Assembly: GCA_002452295.1 (NCBI GenBank)
Contig: DKEX01000092.1
Location: forward strand, 37 to 64,036
Direction of reading: 5' to 3'
Length of the DNA stretch: 64,000 bases
DNA from: Firmicutes bacterium UBA6811
Lineage (GTDB): Bacteria > Bacillota > SHA-98 > UBA4971
The notes below the pieces were generated by a model, which was not told where the DNA came from, searched no databases, and worked only from the letters and a program-made list of their open reading frames with translations. Shown one piece after another: positions 19,055 to 28,285 of the stretch; position 1 is the first letter of the stretch; each line of letters opens with the position of its first letter. The position numbers and the translations under genes are program-made.

Positions 19055-19960
19055 CTAGTAAATGATGTCGTAGAGGGCGTCCTGCAGATCCTTGTCGTTG
19101 ATCTTGATCTGCGATGCGTCCTTGAGCTCGGCGATCACGGTCGACGCAGGCTTCGCCTTCTCCCGCTTGATCCGTCTTGTGATCTCGTCGCGGACATCCT
19201 CGAAAGGCGGAACCCGCTCAGGCTTTCTATCCTCGACCCTTATGATGTGGTATCCGAACGAGGACTTCACAGGGGCGCTGGTCTCGCCTATTTTCAGGGA
19301 GAATGCGGCCTTCTCGAACGCCGGATCCATGGCACCTTTGCCGAAGTAACCGAGGTCTCCGCCCTTATCCTTTGAGCCCGGATCCTCCGACTTCGCCTTC
19401 GCAAGCTCAGCGAAATCAGCCCCGCCGGCAAGTTCCTTCTCGATCTCCCCGGCGGTCTTCTCGTCTTTGACGAGGATGTGGCGAGCCCTTACCTGCTCGG
19501 GCTCCTTGAACTCATCCTTGTGCTCCTCATAGTACTTCTTCAGCTCGTCATCGTTCACCGTGACATCCTTTGTGGCGATCGCCTCGAGCAGCAGGCTCGT
19601 TCGAATCTGGCTGCGGAGGTCGTCGAGGGTCATCCCGTACTGGGTGAGCGCCTGCTCCAGGCCGGAATCGGAGCCGAACTGCGCCTTGAGCTTGTCTATC
19701 TCGGCGGCGACATCCTCGTCGGTGACCTGGATGTTGTACTTCGCAGCGCCCTGCCGGATGAGCTCCTCGCGGATCATGTTCGCCAGCAGTTGCTTGCCGG
19801 ACTGCTTCTCGAGGGCTGAGTGGAACTGCTTCCAGGTGATGGCGGTTGAGTTGATCTTCGCCACGGCCTTGAGATCGGAGTACGTCCATACGGCACCGAT
19901 AGCTACGAGGCCAAGAACCACGATGGCTATGACTGCGGTAAGCGACCTCTTGCTCTTCAC
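19055..19960 (-). CDS. Peptidylprolyl isomerase, PrsA/SurA-like foldase (parvulin domain)
   Basis: Membrane anchor, then the parvulin motif RARHILV...GGDLGYFGKGAMDPAFEKAAF...SSFGYHIIRVEDR. GTG at 19960 has AAAGGAGAGG upstream. Confidence 0.8.
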   Translation of the reverse strand: MKSKRSLTAVIAIVVLGLVAIGAVWTYSDLKAVAKINSTAITWKQFHSALEKQSGKQLLANMIREELIRQGAAKYNIQVTDEDVAAEIDKLKAQFGSDSGLEQALTQYGMTLDDLRSQIRTSLLLEAIATKDVTVNDDELKKYYEEHKDEFKEPEQVRARHILVKDEKTAGEIEKELAGGADFAELAKAKSEDPGSKDKGGDLGYFGKGAMDPAFEKAAFSLKIGETSAPVKSSFGYHIIRVEDRKPERVPPFEDVRDEITRRIKREKAKPASTVIAELKDASQIKINDKDLQDALYDIIY

Positions 19961-20041
19961 CCCTGGTTCCTCTCCTTTCAGTTGGGACCCGATACGGGCA
20001 TCACAAGAACGGAACCAGTGTACCACACCCCATTTCGAGTG

Positions 20042-20581
20042 TCAACTGCGTGCGACGCCGCTGGGACCGACGCCGCCACTATTGTTGCCGCCTGCAGCGC
20101 CGCCGGGAGCGACCCCGCCCGCGCCGCCGTCGAGGCGCGCCCTTACGCCCTGCACCAGTTGGACGAACCTCGGGTAAGAGCGCCTCATCCCCCAGACGGT
20201 GAGCGGACGCCCGACGCCGATGAGGCCCACCGCCCTGGAGAGGAACCCCCCTATCTTGGTCACGATTCCCACCTCGGGCAAGGTATCGACCAGGGTGTAC
20301 TCGTCGCGCGACACCCCGCAGATCTGAAATATGCTCTCCACGGCCCGCCTCACGACGCCCTTGGCGGCGCCCATGCCGATGATGTACACCTCCCTCCCGG
20401 CCTCGTCGGTGCCCATGTAGAAGCAGATTCCGATCTGGTCGGGGTTTGTCTTGTCGTAATGCGGCAGCCCCAGGATCTCGTCCGGCTCCGGCACCCTATC
20501 AGAAGGCAGCCACCCGAGGTGAATGGCTGCCGCTACGACCGACGAGTGTGAGCTTCCGTAACAGTGGTAGATCACCTTCAT
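20042..20581 (-). CDS. DUF3189 family protein
   Basis: MKVIYHCYGSSHSSVVAAAIHLGWLP N-terminus, typical of DUF3189. ATG at 20581 has GGAGGG 9 nt upstream. The C-terminus is a Gly-rich tail. Confidence 0.7.
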   Translation of the reverse strand: MKVIYHCYGSSHSSVVAAAIHLGWLPSDRVPEPDEILGLPHYDKTNPDQIGICFYMGTDEAGREVYIIGMGAAKGVVRRAVESIFQICGVSRDEYTLVDTLPEVGIVTKIGGFLSRAVGLIGVGRPLTVWGMRRSYPRFVQLVQGVRARLDGGAGGVAPGGAAGGNNSGGVGPSGVARS

Positions 20582-20659
20582 CCAGGGGTACCCTCCGTCC
20601 ATCAGCTCAGCCGGGGTGTGGCGCCTTGCTCCCGTCAGCGTTTGACCTGGCGCTCGACT

Positions 20660-20851
20660 TCAGTGTTTGACCACGATGTATGTGCCGCCTCCGAGGTCAT
20701 GCACGACGCCGTCGAGGATCTTCGCCAGGTAGATCGCCGTCCTGTGCAGGTCGTCCTCGTCGTCGGCGAAGAATATGGGAGCTCCACCCCCGACCCTGTC
20801 TCGCCTGGTGGTGATGACCGCTGCGATTGCGTGTTCCAGTGTGACATCCAT
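20660..20851 (-). CDS. Small partner protein of the YIEGIA protein (annotated in databases as a capping complex subunit for YIEGIA)
   Basis: 63 aa, immediately downstream of the YIEGIA gene. Pattern ..AVITT....V.GGAPIFFADDEDDL....IYLAKILDGVVHDL..GTYIVV recalled from homologs. Confidence 0.55.
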   Translation of the reverse strand: MDVTLEHAIAAVITTRRDRVGGGAPIFFADDEDDLHRTAIYLAKILDGVVHDLGGGTYIVVKH

Positions 20852-20880
20852 GGGTATAGCGTGGCCTGTTAGCCTTCGGT

Positions 20881-21792
20881 CTAGTCGGCGGCGATGCGGC
20901 CGGCCCGGGTGGCAAGGGGTTTACGGATGGACGTTTCGATGATGGGCGCCCTCCTCACCACCTCCAGCAGCGCGCCGATGTCCTTCTCTATGGGCACCAT
21001 GACCATGCCCGCCCTGCCCGTGGCGATGTCGAGGCGCATGAGCGGGGTGAAGTCGCGCTCGCTGATGTCAACCCTTATGCCCATTATGCTCGCCGCGTCG
21101 TGCACTATCGCCTGCCTCTGGCCGATGTTGGCGATTGTCGCCCTGGCGTTGTCGTCCTTCGGCTCCAGCACCACCCCAACGCCCTTGGCCTCGATGACAG
21201 CCCTGGCCTCCTCGAGGCCGATATTCGACAGCACCATCCCATCCACCGAGAGGAGGGGCCCGTCGAACCTGATGCGCCCCTCGCGCACGACGGCGATGTC
21301 CCCCACCGTCCTGCGCCCGAAGACCCCGGCGATGATGGCGGCGGTGGCGAGCCCGCACGCGGCGCCTGCAACGATGGCCATGGCCCGCGGGACGGGAAGC
21401 GCATATGACACAGTGCTGGTGGCAAGAGCCGCAGCCATGGCCAGGTAGTTCCTGGCCTCGAATACGCGGGCTATTCCCTCGATGTAAGCGGTGCCCCTGG
21501 GCACAAGCTCCGTATCCTCCAGCTTCTCGAGGCTCCTCCGCTCCATGTCGCGGACCTCGCGGAACTGCTGGCCTGCAAGCGCCAGGATGCTCGCTGCCAT
21601 GAAGTCGCGGGTGACTATCGCAGGGACGGCGAGGCCCCCGAGGCTGGCCGCTATGAACCCCAGGCCGAGGTGGACCACGTACGCGTGAGGGTAACTCGGA
21701 TACTGTCTGTAGTCGGACCGCAGCATGACGAGGCGGGCAAGCGTGCCGACGACGACCGCCGCGACGATCCGCAGGAGATGCCCCTCATTCAC
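20881..21792 (-). CDS. YIEGIA family membrane protein
   Basis: Contains the literal motif TAYIEGIARVFEARNY. Multi-TM N-terminal half. Confidence 0.8.
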   Translation of the reverse strand: MNEGHLLRIVAAVVVGTLARLVMLRSDYRQYPSYPHAYVVHLGLGFIAASLGGLAVPAIVTRDFMAASILALAGQQFREVRDMERRSLEKLEDTELVPRGTAYIEGIARVFEARNYLAMAAALATSTVSYALPVPRAMAIVAGAACGLATAAIIAGVFGRRTVGDIAVVREGRIRFDGPLLSVDGMVLSNIGLEEARAVIEAKGVGVVLEPKDDNARATIANIGQRQAIVHDAASIMGIRVDISERDFTPLMRLDIATGRAGMVMVPIEKDIGALLEVVRRAPIIETSIRKPLATRAGRIAAD

Positions 21793-21801
21793 GGGCCGTC
21801 A

Positions 21802-22989
21802 CTACTTCCTTTTCCGGCGCAGGCCCAGGAGGTTGAGGAGCCCGCGCGCTCCGATCCCGGCCAGCCTCGACCGGATCTTCCGCCAGTTATCCGCATTGCC
21901 GACGAGGTATGCTCCGCCCGCGACAACCACGATACCCACTATCCAGGCCACCGCGCGCCCCACGCCGCCCCTCGCGGCCCCGACCCCGGGCGCTCCGGCG
22001 CCCAGCACCGGGCCGATGGCCGACGCGAAGAGGTCCACCGCGCGCTCGGCCTCGTCAAGACGGTTGGTGTGCGCGCCCACCTCGACGAGCACCGAACGGC
22101 CCAACATGTCCTGGTTGTAGTCGCCCTGCGCCCACAGGATGCCCTTGATAAGCCCCGGGTCCCGTCGGTCAGTGGCGGCCTTGAGCTGTTTTGCGAAGTG
22201 GATGTTCTGGCCCCTGGTCTGGTTCTGCTGGCCCACAACCAGCGTGATCCTGGTGACGTCCTCACCTTTTACGGTCGCCCTGTACGCCCGGGGCGGCACA
22301 GCGTCCCTGTGGACGTCAAAGGCGGCGATGGGATTCTGCCTCATGAGCTGGGCCACTGTGCGCCTTGACCTTGCGTAGGCTCCACCGTCATGGGGATTGT
22401 GGTTTGCCGTGGACCTGACGACGCGGAAGCCCTGTTTCTTGAGGGCGTTCTCGAACGTGGCCGCGACCCTGTACACGTCGCCCCAGTCCTTGGTGGAGGT
22501 GCCGCTGGTGGGCTCGTACGACTCGTCGCTATGGGTGTTGTACAGCACAACAGTGCGGCCTTCACCCGCCGCACCCTCCCCCAGAAAGACCCCGCGCAGC
22601 GCCGAGACAGCGGTGGAGAACGCCCGCCCGAGGGCGCCCCGCCTCCCTGCCTTATCCTCCTCCTCGGGCGCCATGACGTCCAGGAACACCGCGCGCGCCC
22701 TGTCGCCCTCCACGACGGTGATCTCGTAGGCGCGGTTGTCCTCGGCGATGAAGATGTCGCCGGGCGCAACCATGATGGCGGTCATAAGGATCTCCCGCCT
22801 GTCCTCGTCAAGCACCGTATAGTACCCTTCAGTGCGCTCCTCGTGGGCGAAGGCAAAGGGCGATAGCGCCGCGACCATCCCCGTCGCGACCACGACCACG
22901 AGCGCCGCCATGGCCGTCATGGCGACCCGGCGTAGCCGCGCGTCGGGCACCTTGCCTTGCGTGCTCGACTCAAAGTCGGTCACTGTCAT
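21802..22989 (-). CDS. spoIIP: Stage II sporulation protein P (engulfment amidase/endopeptidase)
   Basis: VVLYNTHSDESYEPTSG...NHNPHDGGAYARSR...FDVHRDAV motifs, with an N-terminal membrane anchor. Confidence 0.8.
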   Translation of the reverse strand: MTVTDFESSTQGKVPDARLRRVAMTAMAALVVVVATGMVAALSPFAFAHEERTEGYYTVLDEDRREILMTAIMVAPGDIFIAEDNRAYEITVVEGDRARAVFLDVMAPEEEDKAGRRGALGRAFSTAVSALRGVFLGEGAAGEGRTVVLYNTHSDESYEPTSGTSTKDWGDVYRVAATFENALKKQGFRVVRSTANHNPHDGGAYARSRRTVAQLMRQNPIAAFDVHRDAVPPRAYRATVKGEDVTRITLVVGQQNQTRGQNIHFAKQLKAATDRRDPGLIKGILWAQGDYNQDMLGRSVLVEVGAHTNRLDEAERAVDLFASAIGPVLGAGAPGVGAARGGVGRAVAWIVGIVVVAGGAYLVGNADNWRKIRSRLAGIGARGLLNLLGLRRKRK

Positions 22990-23707
22990 CCCTCCCCGCG
23001 CTGCGCTGCTGCGTGGGCGATCCCTCCTGCGCTCCGCCTGCCGGTCCCTTCCCGGCGATGGGGGAGTCCACTCTCACCTCGCGCTCGACGTTGGAAACAG
23101 GGCCTCCCTGCACCCGCTCCATGGCCTCGCCGAAGATCTCGGCAAGGCCCACCGCGACAACAGCGGCTATCACCACCGCGTCAAATACCCCCGCCCCGCC
23201 CAGGTGCACCGTGGCCGGCATGCGCCTGGTCGCCACCTCCACGAGATGTGCGACGTCGAGGAGCACGACGCCGAGCACGGCCCCAGCAAACGCCGCCCGC
23301 CTCGACCTTCCTGCGAGATACGCGACGACCCCTGCCACGAGGCCAAACGCATAGAGGGGATCGAGGATCGTGCGGCCTTCCTCGAAGGTGAACAGCCTGG
23401 TGAGGGCGAACACGGCTATCCCTGTTATGATGGCCGACAGAACCCCCCTGCCGGTCTCGAGAGGGGTGTCGGCACGCGCGAGCACGTATATGGCGAGAAC
23501 GATGGGCACCACCGCTCCTCCCAGGTTGACGGTCACGGACTGGAGGCCACGGTACACCGGCACGTCAATGAAGCTCCCGACAAGCATCAAACCAAGCGCC
23601 ACGAGGGCCTGCCTGTCGGTGAGGTGCATCCTGTCCAGCACCCGGTGGGTGAGCCCGAGGAAAACGAGAACGCTCACGGCGAGCAGAATGACAAGCCCAA
23701 TAGTCAC
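22970..23707 (-). CDS. DUF1614 membrane protein
   Basis: MTIGLVILLAVSVLVFLGLTHRVLDRMHLTDRQALVALGLMLVGSFIDVPV. Overlaps the spoIIP start by 20 nt. Confidence 0.7.
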   Translation of the reverse strand: MTIGLVILLAVSVLVFLGLTHRVLDRMHLTDRQALVALGLMLVGSFIDVPVYRGLQSVTVNLGGAVVPIVLAIYVLARADTPLETGRGVLSAIITGIAVFALTRLFTFEEGRTILDPLYAFGLVAGVVAYLAGRSRRAAFAGAVLGVVLLDVAHLVEVATRRMPATVHLGGAGVFDAVVIAAVVAVGLAEIFGEAMERVQGGPVSNVEREVRVDSPIAGKGPAGGAQEGSPTQQRSAGRDDSDRL

Positions 23708-23860
23708 GTTGTGTTGCCGCCTCCCTTCCCGATGGCGAATCGTCTGTGTTCTGGTTCCGGTTTGGGCGAAGTGTAGGTTCGCAAGTTCGCACCACTTTTC
23801 CAGCAGGCTCCAGGTTGCCGGTGCTTGCGCGACGGGGTGTCAAAATCTCGCCATCTGCCT

Positions 23861-23974
23861 GCGGGCGAAATTCCGTCAAGGCGCCCCGCTTGGGGCGCCG
23901 TCCCCAGAGCGCATCACCGGCAGCCGCGACGAGCCCGCATTCTAGAACAATGGCAGCGATTTGTGACCCTCCAC
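23861..23974 (+). repeat. Intergenic repeat element, copy A (~114 nt)
   Basis: About 75% identical by manual alignment to the reverse complement of 41693..41807. Perfect shared core AATGGCAGCGATTTGTGAC (23949..23967) followed by CTCCAC. Contains the perfect hairpin GGCGCCCC-GCTT-GGGGCGCC (23880..23899). Confidence 0.75.
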
Positions 23975-24072
23975 TTGGGGCGAAGACCTCGTCCTTGCCC
24001 GGCGCGAAAGACGATTCTACCACACTCTGGAAGGTAGGGTACCCGGAAACGCCCGGGGTTATGCGCAGTGCA

Positions 24073-24112
24073 AAGGCCGGCAGCCTCACCTGGCCGCCGG
24101 CCTTCCTGTTTT
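24073..24112 (+). terminator. GC-rich hairpin with plus-strand T-tract
   Basis: 9-bp stem AAGGCCGGC / GCCGGCCTT followed by CCTGTTTT on the plus strand. On the minus strand the trailing sequence is T-poor, so the orientation argues against it being the ispH-S1 terminator. Confidence 0.35.
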
Positions 24113-24185
24113 ACCTCGTTCTCTACCTCGTTCCAGCTCTTCTACCGCGATGATACCCCGGGCGACGCCTGGCGCCCGGGACGCT

Positions 24186-26621
24186 CTACTCCTCCCTGGA
24201 GTTCTTCAGAAGATCCCCGAACACGTCTCCGAGGGTGGGCCCAGCCTCATCCTTCTTGTCGGTGTACCTCTTGTATGCCTGTTTGTCCCCCTCGGCCTGG
24301 GCTTCCTTCAGGCTGAGACCGATTCGGTGGTCGCGGGGCCTCACGCTGATGACCTTCACCGACACCTCGTCTCCGGGCTTCACGACTTCATCGGGTCGCG
24401 CGACCCTCCTGTCAGCGAGCTGAGATATGTGGACAAGCCCCTCGATCCCCGGCTCCAGCTCCACGAAGGCGCCGAAGTCCGCGAGTTTCGTCACCTTGCC
24501 TGTGACGATGCCGCCCACGGGATAGCGGGACGTAACGTCCTCCCACGGATCCGGCAAGGTCTGCTTGAGCCCGAGGGAGATCCTCTCGCGGTCTCTGTCC
24601 ACGGAGAGCACCTTCACCTTGATGTGATCGCCCTCCGACACCACGTCGTGGGGATCTGTCGTCCTCGTCCACGCCATGTCGGACACGTGAAGGAGGCCCT
24701 CGACGCCCTCGCCGATGTCGACGAACGCGCCGAAACTCACGACGCGCCTCACGATGCCGTCCACGATCTCGCCTTCCTGCAGCGACTCGAGCACCCTGGC
24801 CTTCGCCTGGGCCGCCTCCTGCTCCTGTACAAGCCGGGCCGAGAGCACCACGTTCTTCTTGCTGCGATCGGCTTCGAGGACCTTCATTCGCAAGGTGCGG
24901 CCCACGAGGGGAGAAAGATCCGCCATCGGACGACGGCTCGCGTGGGACGCCGGCACAAATCCCCGCAGGCCGACATCCACCACCACGCCTCCCTTCACGA
25001 CGTCGGTGACCTCGCCCTCGATGATCTCGCCGGTATCGAGCGCCCCCTGGACTGTCGCCCAGGCTCGCTCCGCATCGGCTTTCCTCTTGGAGAGGCGCGG
25101 CCTGCCTTCCTTGTCTTCCAGCCTCTCCACGAGCACGTCTATCTCCTGCCCGACATCAACGACGCCGACGCACGACTGCACCGACCTTCTGGAGACCTCG
25201 GACTTCGGCATAATACCTTCGGACTTGAGCCCGATATTAACAAGGACCTCGTCAGGCTGCACGGCGACGACCGTGCCTTTGACGATATCGCCCTCGGATA
25301 CCTGCTCCTCGACGTGCATCTCCTCGGCCTCGACCATCTCATCGGGACCGGCGGGCGCCGTCTCCTCCTGCTCCCCGGCATCGCCTGCGTCAGCCGGCTG
25401 GGCCGCCTCCGCCGTCTCCCGTTCGGCCTCTGCCTCTACCTCTACCGTCTCCGCGGTCCCGGCTGGCTCCTCCGGCCCCTTGGGGCGCTCCGGTTCCTCC
25501 GGATGCTCTGGTTCCTCGGGGCGCTCCGGCTCCTCCGGTTCCCCGCCCTCAGGGCGCACGTCGTCCGGGGCGGCGGCCGCGTTGCCGGGAGCAGCCCCCA
25601 TTGCCTGCTCCTCGTCCCTGGCTGCTACGTCGCCCTCGCTGCAGCACTCGTTGTCCCGGCGCTGTGGTTCGCCGTCGCCGCAGGACTCCGGCGGGCTTTT
25701 CTCGTCCTCTTGTGCGATCACTGGTTCCTCCCTTTCGTCCATCCTGTCTTCGCCCAGCACGCTCATCCTCTCCATGACCTCCTCGATGACCCAATTCGGC
25801 GTCGATGCCCCCGCCGCAATCCCCACCTCTTTCACGCCGGAGAGATCCAGAGAATCCAGATCGGACGCGGTTTCGACCCGGCATACCCTCGCCCCCTCGG
25901 CCTCACAGATCTCGGCGAGTCTTCGCGTGTTCGCGCTGGTCCGCCCGCCCACCACGATCATGGCATCTACTGACCGTGCAAGCTCGCGCGCTGCCTGTTG
26001 CCTCTCTTCAGTTGCGTTACATATTGTATTGTAGGCCACAAGCTCTTTCGCCCGCAAAGCTAGGGCGGCAAGCACCTGGCGAAACGCCTCAACCGTCTGG
26101 GTGGTCTGGCAAACGACACCGACCCTGGGCCTCACGAGGCCGGAGAGGACGTCCCCGGCTGACCTTACAACCCGGGCCGCGCCTCCGGCACAACCGACAA
26201 TCCCGACGACCTCGGAATGCCCCTCGTCTCCGACGATGAATACCTGATAGCCCTTGCGTCCCAGATCTGCGGCCAGCCCTTGAGCCCGGCGAACATTGGG
26301 ACAGGTAGCGTGCACCACCTCGAGGCCCCGTCTTTCGGCCTCTTCCAGCACATCAGGCGCCAGGCCATGAGACGGCACCACGAGGGCTCCCTCTTCGATC
26401 TCATTCAGGCTCGCAACAGGCGAGACTCCCTTTTCCTTCAGCCTCTCCACTACCTGCGGGTTGTGTACGAGAGGCCCGAGTGTAAACGCCGGCCCCCTCG
26501 ATCCCGCCTTCTCCGCAATCTCCACCGCGCGACAGACCCCGTAGCAGAATCCCGTACGCCTACTTACAGTGACACGCAACCCATTGTTCCCTTTCACGTA
26601 GTATCTCCCAAGGCCCGGCAA
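24186..26621 (-). CDS. ispH: Bifunctional 4-hydroxy-3-methylbut-2-enyl diphosphate reductase (IspH) / ribosomal protein S1-like protein
   Basis: N-terminal IspH ([37 protein letters not shown]). Next is a ~155-aa acidic Pro/Glu-rich linker. Then come four S1 domains ([62 protein letters not shown]). Confidence 0.9.
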   Translation of the reverse strand: MPGLGRYYVKGNNGLRVTVSRRTGFCYGVCRAVEIAEKAGSRGPAFTLGPLVHNPQVVERLKEKGVSPVASLNEIEEGALVVPSHGLAPDVLEEAERRGLEVVHATCPNVRRAQGLAADLGRKGYQVFIVGDEGHSEVVGIVGCAGGAARVVRSAGDVLSGLVRPRVGVVCQTTQTVEAFRQVLAALALRAKELVAYNTICNATEERQQAARELARSVDAMIVVGGRTSANTRRLAEICEAEGARVCRVETASDLDSLDLSGVKEVGIAAGASTPNWVIEEVMERMSVLGEDRMDEREEPVIAQEDEKSPPESCGDGEPQRRDNECCSEGDVAARDEEQAMGAAPGNAAAAPDDVRPEGGEPEEPERPEEPEHPEEPERPKGPEEPAGTAETVEVEAEAERETAEAAQPADAGDAGEQEETAPAGPDEMVEAEEMHVEEQVSEGDIVKGTVVAVQPDEVLVNIGLKSEGIMPKSEVSRRSVQSCVGVVDVGQEIDVLVERLEDKEGRPRLSKRKADAERAWATVQGALDTGEIIEGEVTDVVKGGVVVDVGLRGFVPASHASRRPMADLSPLVGRTLRMKVLEADRSKKNVVLSARLVQEQEAAQAKARVLESLQEGEIVDGIVRRVVSFGAFVDIGEGVEGLLHVSDMAWTRTTDPHDVVSEGDHIKVKVLSVDRDRERISLGLKQTLPDPWEDVTSRYPVGGIVTGKVTKLADFGAFVELEPGIEGLVHISQLADRRVARPDEVVKPGDEVSVKVISVRPRDHRIGLSLKEAQAEGDKQAYKRYTDKKDEAGPTLGDVFGDLLKNSREE

Positions 26622-26624
26622 AAA

Positions 26625-27260
26625 TTATCTCGTCGCCTGCGCACCGCTGGCGATGAGGTCCGCTATGTGCTGCATCATGATGTTCTTTACGTCTGCGGCG
26701 GCCGCCCCTCCCGCCTCCTGCGCGGGCCCCTGCGAAAGATCTGACGCGTATATGGGCCTGCCGACTCGCACGGTGATCCTCCCCGGCCTCGGGAGCCGGC
26801 CCCCCTTTCGGATGACCCTGTCTGTGCCCACGATACCCACAGGCACGATGGGCGCACAGGTCTTCTCCGCAAGGATCGCAGCCCCCGAATACGGCGCCTG
26901 GAGCTGGCCGTTGAGGCTTCGCGTGCCCTCGGGGAACATCCCCAGAACCTGGCCTTTCGACAGGACCCCGAGCGCCGTGTGAAAAGCCTCCCTGTCTGAC
27001 TGCCCGCGCCTCACCGGGAACGCCCCAAGCATCGTGAGGACCCATCCGAACAGGCGGCTCGAGAACAACTCGTGCTTGGCCATGAACCTCACGGGTCTAC
27101 GGACCGCGCAGCCCAGGACTATCGGGTCGAGCATGCTCAGGTGGTTTGCCACCAGGATCACGGGCCCTTCGGAGGGAACGTTGTCCTCGCCTTCGACTCT
27201 TGTCTTGAAGACAACCCTGAGGACCATCCTCAGGATCGCCCGGACAGTCACGTAGAACAA
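26625..27260 (-). CDS. plsC: 1-acyl-sn-glycerol-3-phosphate acyltransferase
   Basis: NHLSMLDP (HX4D box) and FPEGTRS motifs. Confidence 0.85.
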   Translation of the reverse strand: MFYVTVRAILRMVLRVVFKTRVEGEDNVPSEGPVILVANHLSMLDPIVLGCAVRRPVRFMAKHELFSSRLFGWVLTMLGAFPVRRGQSDREAFHTALGVLSKGQVLGMFPEGTRSLNGQLQAPYSGAAILAEKTCAPIVPVGIVGTDRVIRKGGRLPRPGRITVRVGRPIYASDLSQGPAQEAGGAAAADVKNIMMQHIADLIASGAQATR

Positions 27261-28021
27261 GCTCGTTCCCCCTTGACGCGCGACGGCTCAGGCTCATGAC
27301 CACGGTCAGGACCAGGTGCATGGCCACCTATTACCTGCGCCACGATCCCAGCGACCTCGGCGATCGTCTCATCCGGGGTCTTGCCCGTTGTGTCGATAAT
27401 GACCGCGTCCGGAGCCGGGCGCAGCGGAGCCGCCTCGCGCTCACTGTCGATCCGGTCGCGATGGGTTACCCCGTCGGCGACCGCCCCTCGGCAGGCCTCG
27501 TGCCCCTGCTCGCGAGCCTGGGCAATCCGCCTCTGGACCCTCTCCTCGAGCGTGGCCACGAGGAATACCTTCAAGTCGGCGTCGGGCGCGACGACTGTGC
27601 CGATGTCACGCCCGTCCATCACCACCCCGCCCTCGCGGGCGAGCGACCTCTGCCGGTCCAGAAGCGCGAGCCTCACCCCCGGAACCCGGGCCACCTCCGA
27701 CACGCATGCGTCAATCTTGGGAGCGGCAAGCCTGTCAGTGACGTCTTCCCCGTCAACGAACGTGCGCGAGTTGCCACGCGCATCCGAGCATATGGTGATG
27801 TCGGTAGATCTGGCGAGCGCCGTGAGGGACTCCTCGGAAGAGACGTCAACCCCGAGACGCAGGGCCTCCAGCGCCACCGCCCGGTAAAAGTGACCGGTGC
27901 TGATGTAGCGCAGCCCGAACATGCTCGCGATCGCCTTCGCCACTGTGCTCTTGCCTGCCCCAGCAGGGCCGTCGATGGCGATCACAGGGCGCTTCGTTCC
28001 AACTTTTTGTCTATTCGACAT
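27248..28021 (-). CDS. cmk: Cytidylate kinase
   Basis: VIAIDGPAGAGKSTVAKAIA P-loop and the VMDGRDIGTVV motif. Confidence 0.9.
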   Translation of the reverse strand: MSNRQKVGTKRPVIAIDGPAGAGKSTVAKAIASMFGLRYISTGHFYRAVALEALRLGVDVSSEESLTALARSTDITICSDARGNSRTFVDGEDVTDRLAAPKIDACVSEVARVPGVRLALLDRQRSLAREGGVVMDGRDIGTVVAPDADLKVFLVATLEERVQRRIAQAREQGHEACRGAVADGVTHRDRIDSEREAAPLRPAPDAVIIDTTGKTPDETIAEVAGIVAQVIGGHAPGPDRGHEPEPSRVKGERACST

Positions 28022-28285
28022 CTATATCCCGATTCCTCTTCTTCCACAGGGAATTGCCCGGCGAATCACGGAAAACTTGGCCCCGGCCCGGGATGCCCGG
28101 GTTCGACGACCTTCAGCCTTGTTCCCTCCAGCCGGTCGACCCTGCTGAGGTGCTCTCTTCCCCGGGCTGTGAATAGGGCAGCCTGCCCCAGGGCGGCGAG
28201 GGCCAACAGCACCAGAAGCGCCAGGCAAAAACCCCTCTCGAGGCGGACGAGAAGGTGCCGGGGCCCGCCGGAGGAACCACTCAAT

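Noticed and set aside
24150-25973. 607-aa plus-strand ORF antisense to the ispH-S1 gene. Similar long antisense ORFs occur at 14593..16359, 29823..31325, 41693..43105, 46901..48322, 56126..57505 and 8068..9372.
   Set aside because: All lie opposite genes with strong family motifs. They have Arg/His/Pro/Gly-rich low-complexity translations and no RBS context. They are artefacts of stop-codon scarcity at high GC.
28066-28284. Possible 72-aa single-TM ORF (TTG start) between the flavoprotein gene and cmk
   Set aside because: The only available start is a TTG with a poor RBS directly at the upstream stop. There is no recognisable family, and the frame is part of a longer ORF overlapping the flavoprotein gene. 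Not enough evidence to call it.
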